A DNA stretch of 64,000 nt, taken from Camelus dromedarius (Eukaryota). Under the pieces are notes generated by a model. That model did not search any database. It was not told the origin of the DNA and was given only the letters and a program-made list of their open reading frames with translations. Shown here piece after piece: positions 28,060 through 40,589 of this stretch (positions are counted from its first letter, which is position 1; each line of letters starts with the position of its first letter). A program made the translations under genes and the position numbers. The stretch lies in assembly GCF_036321535.1 (NCBI RefSeq), contig NC_087438.1, forward strand, positions 11,720,001-11,784,000, read 5' to 3'.

Positions 28060-29150
28060 CTTTATTTTTATTGAAGTATGATTGTTGTACAATATCATAT
28101 AAGTTACAGGTGTACAACATAGTAATTCACAATTTTTAAAGGTTATGCCCCACTTATACTTATTATAAAATACTGGCTATATTACTTGTGTTGTATAATA
28201 TATCCTTGTAGTTTATTTTATGCATAATAGTTCATGCCTCTTACTTCCCTACCCCTATATTTCCCCTCCCCATTGACCTCTCTCCATTGGTAACCACTAA
28301 TTTGTTCTCTATATCTGTGAGTCTGCTTCTTTCTTGTTATATTCCCTAGTTTACTGTATTTTTAAGATTCTACATATAAGTGACATCATATAGTATTTGT
28401 TTGTCTCCATCTGACTTATTTCACTTAGCATAATGCCCTCCAAGTCCATCCATGTTGCTGCAATAGCGAAGTTTTGTTCTTTTTTATGGCTGAGTAGTAT
28501 TCCACCGTATATGTATACCACATCTTCTATATCCATTCATGTATTGATAGACACTTAGGCTGCTTATATATCTTGCTAACTGCAGATAATTCTGCTATCA
28601 ACAGTGGAGTGCATGTATCTTTTTGAATTAAGAGTTTTTGTTTTTTTCAGATATATACCCAGGGATGGAATTGCTGGGTTCTATTTTTAGTTTTCTGAGA
28701 AACCTCCATACTGTTTTCCACAGTGCCTACACCAATTTATATCTCTCTGTGTACAGGGTTCCCCTTTCTCCACATCCTCACCAACATTTGTTATTTGTAG
28801 ACTTTTTGATGGTAGTCATTCTGACGAGTGAGGTGATTTCTCATTGTGGTTTTGATTTGCATTTCCCTGGTGACTAGCGATGTTGAACATCTTTTCATGT
28901 GCCTATTGTCCATCTCTATTACCTCTTTGGAAAAATGTCTATTTAGTTCTTCTGCCCAGTTTTTACTCGGGTTGATTTTTTGAAGTTGTGTTGTCTGAGC
29001 TGTTTATATACATTGGGTATTAATCCCTTATCAGTCATATCATTTGCAAATGTTTTTGCTCATTTAGTAGGTTGTCTTTGCATTTCGTCAGTGGTTTCCT
29101 TTGCTGTGCAAAAGCTTTTAAGTTTAATTAGGTCCCATTTGTTTACTGTC
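28060..29150 (-). mobile_element. L1 3' portion
   Basis: ORF 28351-28536 FAIAATWMDLEGIMLSEISQ; antisense ORF2. Confidence 0.9.
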
Positions 29151-29526
29151 ATTTTTATACCTTTTAAGAGTGGTTGCCCCTGCCCTAGAGTAAGCAGTAT
29201 ACTTTACTTAATTAAACATAAGACTCACAAGCAGTTTTCTTACTTTAAGATGTTAATCAACATTTGTCCCCAAAACAGTGTCTTTCTACTTCAACAAGAA
29301 ATACTAATTATATGAGTTTTAGCTGTCTCTTTTAAATTGCATTTCTATTTAATGACATCTTTCTGTAAAGGAGTAAGGACAATTGCAAGCTTAATAAGTT
29401 ATATGTCTTATTATGTACATCTGCTTATACTTTAAATAAATAACAGCTTTTGAATACGAATCTGTAATCATATGATACATCAAATGCTATTCTAAAAATC
29501 AGTTTTTAATAAAATCCTCCCTAAAC

Positions 29527-29803
29527 TTGTAAGTGTATTTTGACTTTCCAAATTGATGAATGTGCATAGGCTTTCCACAACTACTATCTTGTAAGGCATA
29601 AAACTAAAAAATTCTTGGAAATATGCCCATGCAGTGGTTGTCTCTCAATGCCCATAACATAGCTAGCTATTCCCTGCTGAAAACTCTGGTCTCAAGATCA
29701 CTGTTCATTTAATTGATGGCTACTGTCTTCATCACACAGCTGTTAGACCATCAAGAAGATAGTTAATGAACTTGGCAATATATATTGCATTAACTTTTTT
29801 GCC
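29527..29803 (-). pseudogene. Pseudo-exon, start of glycosyltransferase region
   Basis: KLMQYILPSS vs IQLHFIIPKS; SFMP...TFINLES vs TFTP...GLFNLYH; phases fit neighbours. Confidence 0.55.
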
Positions 29804-30959
29804 CTAAGGTTAATCATGAGATTATTTTCAAATGTGCTTTTGATGTGCTAAGCATCCCTAATAAATATGATTAAGTAAAATAAGTTGAGAAGAAGAACAT
29901 CAATTCAATGAAAACTGCTTAACATTAGGCAGTAGGTTTATATCTGAGCAAAGGGAAATTTAGTGTCTGTACTTCATGGCTCTTAAAGAGTATTTGGCTG
30001 TGACCTAGACACTAAGATTTACCTTCACTGAGCTAAGCCAGGAACACCGATTTATACACCAATATAATGATCTTCAATTGAGTACTATTCAGGGCTTTAT
30101 TTTTGTATACAATATGCTCTTTTTTCCTTCTCTTTACAACAAAATAAGCACTATAATCCTTGGCTAAAATAATAGTAGAAGATATTCTGTGACTCAATCA
30201 ATGAGGGGAATAAACAATGTTGAAATAGTAGATGCCTAAGAACAAAATGTGTTTTATAAAAGAAAGACTTATAAGTAAATTTACATCAGATATTAAACCT
30301 TTCTAAAGTAAAATCTATTCACTCAAAAAAAAAAAAGAAACCTAGAACAATATAAACTTCCCTTGATGTTGCAAATGCAGCTACCTTTGCCTCAAATATC
30401 CCTCCAGTATTTCTCCTTCTGAGTACCATCACTGTAGCCCTTGCTGACTCATTCAGTATTAGACTAAGCTCTAAGAATAACAATAAACTATACAGCATTT
30501 AGAACAACAAAGATTATACGAATCAGTAGAAACCCATTTTGTGATACAAATTTCTTTATTAGTTTCTATTAGTCTTATTAAGAAAAATAGTCTTAGATTT
30601 CAACTTCCTATTATTTGTCCAAATCTAAAACAATGTTTTTAAAAACATTTTGATACCATCAATTTAGTCACTTTCTCCTGTGCCAGTCAAATTCCCAGAG
30701 TGACTATAATGATGACATCAGTTTGGTAATAATGGAAACCGCCATCAAAGAGAGGAAATTAGTTCAGATTTGAAAGGGTCCTTTTTTTTTTTTCCCCAAG
30801 TGAAAAATCAGTACTCTCTCCCCTCTTAGCACAAAATGCACTTGCTGGGCTGGAAAAATCCCATTCAGGCTTCCTGGACGCAGACTTCCATCTGGCTTAA
30901 TCTTGGCTGAAGGGGAGAATCACAGAACAGATGACTGTTAAGGAGGACAGTCTGGTCAC

Positions 30960-31179
30960 CTCTTGGTTTAGAAGGTGGGGAGGGCACCAGCGTCTACTAC
31001 TACAGTCGCTTCCTCCTCCAGACATAGTCCCCATTAAGCCCATTGCTTTAAGAACATGCATTCCACTTCTTCATTAGATGACAGGCTTTAGCTATTTGGA
31101 GTATTTTTCAGAGAAGAATTTCTGCTTTTCAAGAATGGCTGCATGAAAAATCTTCATTCAAAGCACTCTTTAGATTTCT
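30960..31179 (-). pseudogene. Probable pseudo-exon
   Basis: ttttattcctcttcttag acceptor, gag|gtgacc donor; heavily disabled, homology not clear. Confidence 0.4.
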
Positions 31180-31472
31180 CTAAGAAGAGGAATAAAACTA
31201 CAAAGGTTTGTTTTCAAAACTCAAGTTCAAGTCCATAAATTTTTTTGTACTTTCCTATAATAGCTACACAAAGTATTATTGAGGCGAAGTACTCTCTCTC
31301 TAGGTTTTTACAAGAAAGGGGATGAAACTACAAAGGTTTTTTTCAAAACCCTATGTTCAAGTCAATAAATATTTAAAGTCTCTAAAACACCATACTAATA
31401 AGAAGATAAGGATTAGAAGAGTTGGTAAGATCAAACTGAAAAATGAAAACAAACAAAATGCCATATTTCTAC

Positions 31473-31738
31473 CTTCCAGTTGCTGATGTCTTGTCAGGGA
31501 ACAAACGCAGGCTCTAATAATATGGTATAAACTGAGTTGATTTTGGCACCACTTTGCCAAGTGATGCAAAGAAAGTGCAAAGTCATTGGGCGTGGTAGGG
31601 ATGTGGGTATCTAGGAAAGCTTTCTCAGTGTTGACAATTCAGTTGAAGCTTCGAGGTCTTCAACAAGGTGGAAGGGCATTGCAGACCCATGAAGGAGCTT
31701 GTACAAAGTCCCAGCAACCTGAGGGCTCAGATTCCATT
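31473..31738 (-). pseudogene. Pseudo-exon
   Basis: tccttcttcctag acceptor, aag|gtagaa donor; 88 codons with two stops; AMPFHLVED vs KLPFDYIIHD. Confidence 0.6.
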
Positions 31739-32049
31739 CTAGGAAGAAGGATACAGTGAGGGATATATAGAGGACAGGATGGGATGAAGTGGGGATAAAA
31801 CTGTAAAAAGATGGAATGCTTGCTTATCTTTTTGCAATTCCTTTTGCCATTGTTATTTGGAAGTACATAAACATATATTTCCTTTCCAGTGTGTGTCATG
31901 CTACCATAACTATCCAGAATCCAGAAAATGCCACAGTTCATGTGTTTCCCCTTGACAGTGCTTTGCCCATAGTGAGTCCATCTCAGGGGGTCCTAAATTG
32001 GTCTCCCATCTATAGTTTCTGGTACTTCTTCTCTTTATCATGGTTTTCT

Positions 32050-32280
32050 AGATCAGCGGCCAAAGAACATTTTCTGAAAAGGGCCAGATGGTAAGTATTT
32101 TAAGTTTCACAAGCCAAACATTCTTTTTTCACAGCTACTCAACACTGCTGTTATAGCATGGAAGCATCCATGGACAATAGGTCAATGAATGGTGTGGCTG
32201 TCTTCCACTAAAACTTTATTTAAAAAGCAGATGGCAGACCGGATTTGGACCATTGGTTGCAGTTTATGGACCCTTGTTCT
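32050..32280. mobile_element. MER58A
   Basis: ttttctgaaaagggccagatggtaagtatttt...taaaactttattta. Confidence 0.8.
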
Positions 32281-32914
32281 AGGTTCATCAACTTATCTGT
32301 CTTCTCCAAAGACTCTTAGCTGTTCCTACTCTCTGTCTTCACTCCACACCGTTAGTTATTTGAAATCATCAGATTTCCCATCTTGATGAATCTGGGGCAG
32401 GATCTGATTTTGGAGGCAAGGCTACAAAAGGTGGTCTTTTCTTGTCTGGCCCTCAAGATGAAGGAGCTAGAAGATAAGCCTCTTAGTACAACTCTAGGAT
32501 GTTATTGTGCTTGAAGCATCTCTCTCTTTTTTCTAGTTTTATGAAAGGTATCTTTCTGCTAATGTAGTCCTGTGGGCCAGGACTTGAGAATGAAACTAGT
32601 TGTGTACTATATTCCAGGAAGGAGGTCAACCAGAAGTGGAAGGATGAGAGTTAAAGAAAAATATAATCTTGCTATATTTGTAATCCCCAAACCTAGTTGT
32701 TGAGTGCCCTCACTTTGTCCATCCACTAATTTTCCTTTAACTACTGTAACATGGGATCCAAAAAAATGAGGCATTTCAACTTAATCTGTAATACAGTGGA
32801 AAATCACTGGAAATTTTTGATTAGGAGAAAAATGTGTCCAGACTTTCTTAAAGAAAACATAATTCTGATTTCAATGTACAATAAAGAAGAGCCAGTGTGT
32901 TTTAGGTAAAAATT

Positions 32915-33270
32915 CTCAGTGGTTGCCAAGGGTTGGAGGGAGGGAGGGATGAATAGGCAGAGCTGGGATTTTTTTAAGGCAATGAAACTACTCTGTATGG
33001 TATTAGAATGGTGGAGACATCTCATATATTTGTTCAGATCCATAGAATGTACACCACCAAGAATGAACCCTAATGTAAACTATGGACTTTGGGTGATAAT
33101 GGTTCATCAATGTAGGTTCATCCATTGTAACAAACGTGCCACTCAGATGCAGACTTTGATAATGAGGGGAGGCTGTACATGTGAGGGGAGGATGTATGTG
33201 AGAAATCTCTATACCTCTGCTCAATTTTGCTATAAACCTGAAACTGCTCTAACAATTAAATTCTAGTTTT
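32915..33270 (+). mobile_element. L1MC-type 3' UTR
   Basis: cagtggttgccaaggg...aaccctaatgtaaactatggactttggg. Confidence 0.8.
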
Positions 33271-33469
33271 AAAGAAGTCTCTGACAAGGAATAATCCTAG
33301 ATTTAACTTGTCAGATGGGTATGTGGGTGCCATTTACAGCCCTAGAAGACACCCTCAGTAGACCCACAAAGACAGAATCTCCAAAGGAGGAGGGGGTGTT
33401 GGAAGAGCTGTAAAGGGTTTGTCCTAAGACTGTAGTCTAGACAGAGTGCCGCTCTGTCAAGCAAACAGG

Positions 33470-33975
33470 ATGCAGATTATATTTCCCAAGATGGCAGCCA
33501 CAAGAGCTCCCATCCACACTTCTTCCTCTGTGATGCTGTCACTCCTCCCATAGAGGGGTGGGGGGTTTGTTTCTCCCCTTGAATCTGACAATAGCAGAAA
33601 TGATGCTATGGAACTTCCAAGGTTGTGACATGAAAGTTTACACAGATTTCACCTGAACCTCCTGAGATACTTGGTTCTGGAACTCAGCCACCGTGCTATG
33701 AGGAAGTGGCAAGACCAAACATGGACTGGGATAACTTTCAGGCCAAAGCTCCACTTAAAGTCTCAGCCAATAGTCAGCATCAACCTCCTGACATGTGAGC
33801 GCGTGAGTCACAGGTATCTCTAGCCCCAAACATCCTCTGCCACAATAGCATGAGAGGCCCCCAAGCAAACACTGCCCAGCTGCGCTCAAACAACACCCAG
33901 AACAATGAGAGAAAAAAATGAAGTGATTTTTGCTGCTTTGGTGTGATTCCTAACATGACAATTGATAACTAAGTA
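33470..33975. mobile_element. MLT1 LTR
   Basis: Similar to the 7130-7905 element (gtcactcctccca, cagccaccgtgctatgagga). Confidence 0.6.
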
Positions 33976-34059
33976 CAAGAGGTACAAAAAGAGAAGCCCA
34001 ACTGGATAGTTGTTGCTATTTAATAAGCTAGTAGAAAATAATAGTTAATAATATCATAC

Positions 34060-34209
34060 CTGGTTCTAACGTTCACTTTTTAATATTTCAATCAGGTGGC
34101 CCAACATTTCTTTTAGGGACCACCATGCAGCTCACCTTCCCCGTGTGTGCTATCAGCATTGACAAGATCCTGCTTTCTCCTAGGTAGTTGGTCCACATAA
34201 GCCAGAAGC
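34060..34209 (-). pseudogene. Pseudo-exon with Walker-A-like motif
   Basis: ccgcag acceptor, cag|gtatga donor; with frameshifts LPRR..LVNADS/HTGKVSCMVV/LKEMLGHLIEIL vs HPRRLLLSGPPQIGKTGAYLQFLSVLSRML. Confidence 0.65.
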
Positions 34210-34341
34210 CTGCGGATATACACACTATGCTCAAATACTTCCCATGAATTTAATTTAAAAATTAAGAACACTGCTTATCACTCCATAGGTATTAGGCTGA
34301 TAGAGAGAAGTCACAACGTATCAAATCCTAGCGTACAACGC

Positions 34342-36340
34342 ATTTTTATTGAAGTATAGTTGATTTACAAAATTGTGTTAGTTTCAGGTATAGTGATTCT
34401 ATTATATGTGTATGAATACATAGCTATATTCTTTTTTTTCTACTCTTTCCCATTATAGTTTATTATAAGATGTTGAATATAGTTCCCTGTGCTACACAGT
34501 ACACCCTCATTGTTTATCTATTTTATATATGGTAGTGTGCATCTGTTAATCATACACTGCTAATATAAATTACTATCCCTTCCCTGCCCTTCCCCTGTGG
34601 TAATCATAAGTTTGTTTTCTATGAGTCTGTTTCTGTTTTGTAAATAAATTCATTTGAACTTATTTTTTAGATTCCACATATTAGTTGTATAACTGTCTGA
34701 CCTACTTCACTTAGTATGATAACCTCTAGGTCTGTCCACGTTGCTGCAAATAGCATTATTTCATTCTTTTTTACAGCTGAGTAGTATTCTAATGTGTGTG
34801 TGCGCGCGCACGCACATGCATGCACATAAAATATCTTTATCCATTTATCTGTTGATGGACGCTTAGGTTGCTTCCATGCCTTGGCCATTGTAAATAGTGC
34901 TGCTATGAACACTGAGGTGCAGGTGTCTTTTTGAATTAGAGTTTTTGTCTTTTCTGGCTAGAAGTGGGATCCTGGATCATATGATAACTCTGTTTTTTAG
35001 TTTTTTAAGGAAACTCCATACTGTTTTCCATACTGGTTACACCAATTTACATTTCCACCAACAGTGTAGGAGGGGTCCGCTTTCTCCATACCCTCTCCAG
35101 CATTTATTATTTGTAGACATTTTTTTAACATTTTTTATTGATTTATGATCATTTTACAATGTTGTGTCAAATTCCAGTATAGAGCACAATTTTTCAGTTA
35201 TACATGAACATATATATATATATATTCATTGTCACATTTTTTTCTCTGTGAGCTACCATAAGATCTTGTATATATTTCCCTGTGCTATACAGTATAATCT
35301 TGTTTATCTATTCTACATTTTTGAAATCCCAGTCTATCTCTTCCCACCCCCTGCCCCCTTGGCAACCACAAGTTTGTATTCTATGTCTGTGAGTCTATTT
35401 CCGATTTGTATTTATGCTTTGTTTTTTGTTTTTTTGTGTTTTTTTTAGATTCCACATATGAGCGATCTCATATGGCATTTTTCTTTCTCTTTCTGGCTTA
35501 CTTCACTTAGAATGACATTCTCCAGGAGCATCCATGTTGCTGCAAATGGCGTTATGTTGTTGTTTTTTATGGCTGAGTAGTATTCCATTGTATAATTATA
35601 CCACATCTTCTTTATCCAGTTATCTGTTTGTTGATGGACATTTAGGCTGTTTCCATGTCTTGGCTATTGTAAATAATGCTGCTATGAACCTTGGGGTGCA
35701 GGTGTCATCCTGAAGTAGGGTTCCTTCTGGATATATGCCCAGGAGTGGGATTCCTGGGTCATATAGTATATTACTTGTAGACTTTTTTGATGATGGTCAT
35801 TCTGACCAGTGTGAGGTGATACCTCATTGTAGTTTTGATTTGCATTTCTCTAATAATTAGTTATGTTGAGCATCTTTTCATATAGATCAATAGAGTGCCT
35901 ATTGGCCCTCTGCATTCATTGGAGAAATGTCTATTTAGGTCTTCTGCCCATTTTTTGATTGGGTTGTCTGGTTTTTTGTTACTGAGTTGTATGAGCTATT
36001 CATATATTTTGGAAATTATGCTTTGTTGGTCACATTGTTTGCAAATATTTTCTCCCAGTCCATAGGTTGTCTTTTCATTTTGTTTATGGTTTCCTCTGCT
36101 GTGCAAAAGCTTATAAGTTTGATTAGGTCTCAGTTGTTTATTTTCATTTTTAATTCTACTGCCTTGGGAGGCTGATCTAAGAAAATGTTGCTGTGATTTA
36201 TGTCAGAGAATGTTTTGCCTATGTTCTCTCCTAGGAGTTTTATGGTGTCATGTCTTATGTTTAAGTCTTTAAACCATTTTGAGTTTGTTTTTGTGTATGG
36301 TGAGAGGAGGTGTGCTAATAACTTTGTTGATTTACATGCA
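34342..36340 (-). mobile_element. L1 with nested younger L1 (35119-35768)
   Basis: Two antisense 3' ends; 14-bp TSD with one mismatch at 35105-35118 and 35769-35782. Confidence 0.9.
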
Positions 36341-37294
36341 CAATGCATTTTTAATTTTGCAAAAATTATCTTTTTATCTTGAACGTATTAATTCATCTTT
36401 TCCTTTTTTTTTTTTTTTTTTACTAATGCAGTCACATATCTCCTGGGATCACTACGAATCTTGACAAGGCCCTGTGGGATGTACTTTTACCTAATTATAG
36501 AAGCAACTCCAATGACCTATCGTTCATTTGGATGTGAAGAGATGCATGACTTAACAGGGTCACATTCTCGGGCTAATTCCACTCTTCAGTCAACCAGAGG
36601 CAGCTGCTTGAGCACGTCCAAGGATATAGATTGTGGCCACTCCTGTTTCCATGCCAACATCCACCCCCTTCATTCTCTCCAGACAAAATTCTCTCTCACT
36701 TTAGGGCAAGGAATTAATATCACTTCTCTGGCTTCTGCTGCCCATTCCTTCTTTTAATTTGTATAACCACACTCCTCACTTCTTCTCTCCAAGATCTGAG
36801 AATAAGGTGTCTTTTATGTTTCAAGTCAAAATCTTCATGTTTCTTCTTAAGCCTACCTCTTCCCATCTTCTTAGAGACTTTCTCCACAAATAATTCTCTC
36901 TTCTGTATCTTCAGCTTCTTTCTCTTTCCTGACTCTAGAAAAAATTTTTAAACTTTTCCCATGCTAAAGATCAACCCTCCCTTGTTCTTGCATCTCTTGG
37001 ATACCTCCCTATCTTTCCTTCCTAACCAACCTTTTTGAAAATGTTGTCAGTATTTGATATCTCTTGCTCAATTCGTATTCATTCCTTGTTCTAGCATCAT
37101 CTGGATATTGCCCACATCATTTGAATGATTAGGGTCACCAATGAACTTCTGAAATTAAAACAAGATTTATTGAACTTATTTTTTGTAAATCTTTAGAGGT
37201 TCTCGACCATTTCATCCTTTGGAAATAACCTAAGTTTCTTCCCTGTTTCCCACATTGCTCTCTCCTAATTTGACTTGTCTTCACTATCTTCATT

Positions 37295-37850
37295 CCCTCC
37301 TTCCTTCTTTCTTTATTTTTTTCTTTTCTTTCTCTCCCTCTCTCTCCTTCTCTCTCCTTCTCTCTCTCCCTCTCTCTCCTTCTCTCTCTCTCTCTGTCTC
37401 TCTCTGTCTCTGCGTCTGTCTCTGTCTCTCTGTCTCTGTCTCTCAACATTATATAGGGTCTTGCATTAGTCAGCTCAGGCTGCCATAACAGAATATTATA
37501 GATTGGGTCACTTACAACAGAAATTATTTTCTCAGAGTTCTGGAGACCAAGAGTCCCAGATCAAGAAGCCAGCTAATTTCAGTTCCTGGTAAAGCTTCTC
37601 TTCCTGGCTTGCAGATACCACCTTCCTGCTATCATCTCATGTGGACTTTCCTCTATGCACACACAGAGAGTAAGAGAGATCTCTCTCTCCTCCTCCTCTT
37701 CTTATAGACCACAAGTCTATGGGATTGAGGCCCCACCCTCATTGAATCTTAATTTCCTCCTGAAGATCTTATCTCCAAATACAGTCATGTTGAAAGTTAG
37801 AGCTTCAACAAATGAATTTGGAGAGAGGACATAATTCAGTCCATAGCAGA
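37295..37850. repeat. CT-rich microsatellite followed by MLT1 LTR (~37460-37850)
   Basis: (CT)n/(CTGTCT)n visible; gcattagtcagctcaggctgccataaca. Confidence 0.85.
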
Positions 37851-38482
37851 TATAATTTGTCACATACAAAGTAGGCAGAGGCACACAGCTCCAGGTTTGC
37901 TTGCAGATCAGGCACCTCTCTCTTTCCCCTCTCCTGCCCTTGGTGAGTTGTTGGCATTTACTTTTACACCTGTTAGAATCCCAAGATGAATGCCACATCC
38001 TCAGAGGTTTTCCTAGAGAGGCTGAAACCAGGCAAATCTATGTGCCAGTTCCATTTTTAGGAGCAAGAAAAATACTAGCAGCCCTCAGACTCCCCTTATT
38101 TCTTCCTGACCATCTCTGCCTCACATGCTCATGGATTCTCATACCACTGGCAAGGGGGAATTTCCATGACTGGTTCATTCTAATCAATATCCACTTTCCC
38201 TGGGATAATGGGGGCACGACTCTATATCTATCAGCCACGCAGGCAGGAGGACATGGTGACTTCTTGCTCTCTGACTGCTCTCTCTGTCTCCTTCATAATG
38301 TCTTCTTACTTCAATTAGCCTCTTCAATTTTGGTCTCCAGGATTTCTTACTTAGACCAACATTCTCTCTATACTTTTTTCCCAGATAACTGCATTTATTT
38401 CCACTGTTTGCTTTATGCCTTAAACATTATAAATTTCCAAATCATTTTCTCTAGTCTAGGTATTGTCTATTGGCTAAGGTTT

Positions 38483-38485
<3 letters not shown>

Positions 38486-38532
<47 letters not shown>
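38486..38532. repeat. (CA)n microsatellite
   Basis: Directly visible. Confidence 0.95.
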
Positions 38533-38534
<2 letters not shown>

Positions 38535-38993
38535 TATATCTTCCCGGCATTTGTACCAGGATTTTTCACAGACATCGCAAAGTCAGCATGCTGAAAAATG
38601 AAATTCATTGTTTCCACTTCCAATGCTACACATTCTCCAATCTTTAGTATTCTTTCTGTTGTTGCTGGCAGCATCCCGTAATATTCACTCAAGCAAACAA
38701 ACCACCATTATCTTAGGTGCCTTCTACTTCCTTATCTACCACATCCTTTTAGTTACCAATATCTCACAAATCTCTACCATTTTTTCATCCTCACTGCTGA
38801 GCCTTCCTCCCCTAGCTTCATTTCCTACCACCCTCCTCTTGTCTTATTACAGTATTTATCAGTCGGGACCTGCTTCTATTAATGAGCATCTTTGTCTGCA
38901 TATCTTTCATCACTGCCAAACTTTAAGGTCCAAGAGGGCAAAGACCTTCTCTTTTACATTCTTGTACCCATTGCAACTACAGCAACCTGGTAC

Positions 38994-39680
38994 CTGATAA
39001 GCCCTTATGAAATTAAGTTCAGTTCAGCCACCCAAAGGCACATATACAGAAATGACAACGCGATGTCCTTGCACTGGGCATTTTCTCCTCTCAACATAAG
39101 ATCATTCCCTCAAGTTTCTTTGTAACTTTCCAAAATACTGAGTATAGTGCTTCCACTAGTGATGACCAACATATTTAAAAATATCAATAGATTAACTCCT
39201 AAAAAAAGTGTGGATGGGCATAGCATTAATTTATTTTTCCTCTTTGTATGCAGTGCTTTTCTGTCTGCATTATACATGGACTCCCCGGAGTGGTCACCAT
39301 CAGAATGTTTAATTCCATAAGATGGAATCTTGGCTCAGATCAGGTCTATGGTGTCTTCTGTATCTCATGGCTTATGATTCCATGATTATAAGCTTGCTGA
39401 GAAAAGCGAGTTCATTTTGACAAAAATAAGCCCATTAATTGGGGAAGGGAAGTTGCTCTCTCCCTGATGATGCTCCGGCGTAACTGTTTGGCTCAAAAAC
39501 TGTAAATAGTTTCTTTTTAGCAACATGGAATAAATCTGAATTTTTGAAGGTTTCATAGATATGATTTTCTTTTTTGGAAAATACTATTTTAAGAACATCA
39601 ATGTACTCCTTTGAATTTGGGTCACAGTCTGATGGCATAGCATCAATGATTATATCAGAACTACTGGAATAAATCATAGG
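38994..39680 (-). pseudogene. Large pseudo-exon (donor tentative)
   Basis: ttattttaaag acceptor, 81 open codons, then disabled frames; IFLNMLVITSGS vs LVYDMVVSTDSS; candidate donor cag|gtacca. Confidence 0.55.
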
Positions 39681-40589
39681 CTTTAAAATAACATTTCTTC
39701 AATGAAATTTTATCACTGTAATAACTATTTCCAGAATACACCCCCATAATTAAAATGAAGACAGGATATAGAATTATAATACTGGAAAACAATTAGTCGT
39801 ATCATATTTAAACTTGTTTTGACTAAGCTGAGTGAAATTTGCTTTGCTTCTGATAACATATAGGATTTTCAATTAATTTGCTACAAATAAAAAATAAATA
39901 TTATCCCCTCTAATTATGTTCCTATTTTCATTCCATTATTGATCTTCCTTGTGCTTTGAAAATTTTGCACTTGAAATTATCACCGTTACTCATAAATTTA
40001 TCTCGTATTTCCCAAGGTGAGGGGTAATACACCTTATAAATACAGTGTTTTACAGTCTACCATGTCCTTTCTGATCTGTTTAACTACATCTAAACCACAT
40101 GTTAATCCCATGAGGTAGGTAAATCAGATATAGCTTCACAGATGAGAAAACTGTTAACCTTTATCCAAGATCACATAATTAGAAAATGATAAAACCAGGA
40201 GAAGAATCAGTATCTTCTGAGACTTAGTCTGATGCTCTTTGAAACTTGGCAACCATCCAAAACTCAAAAGAAAAAAAAAAAAATCTCCCTCTGCCTTTTA
40301 TGAAACAGCATGAAGACTGCAGTGGTGTGTACAAAGTATAAAATTGCTTCTGTACTGCTGATTTTTTTCTTTCTCTCTGCCATTTCAATTTAGAAATGGC
40401 AAACCTTGGGGAGGTATCTAAGGTTTATACAGAGAAAACTTTACCTCTCAGGACTTGGGAGAGTCTAGCCAATATTGCTGAAATAGAAAAAGCTGTTCTT
40501 CATGTAATATTCATAAGAAAAATGAATTTTTAAAACTTGCAAAGATGGCTGAGCTATAACCTCACAAGTTATATTTCAAAATATGTTAG

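Noticed and set aside
37901..38647. Longest ORF (248 aa, plus strand)
   Set aside because: Non-ATG start; runs through L2-like sequence and a (CA)n repeat; no recognisable domain
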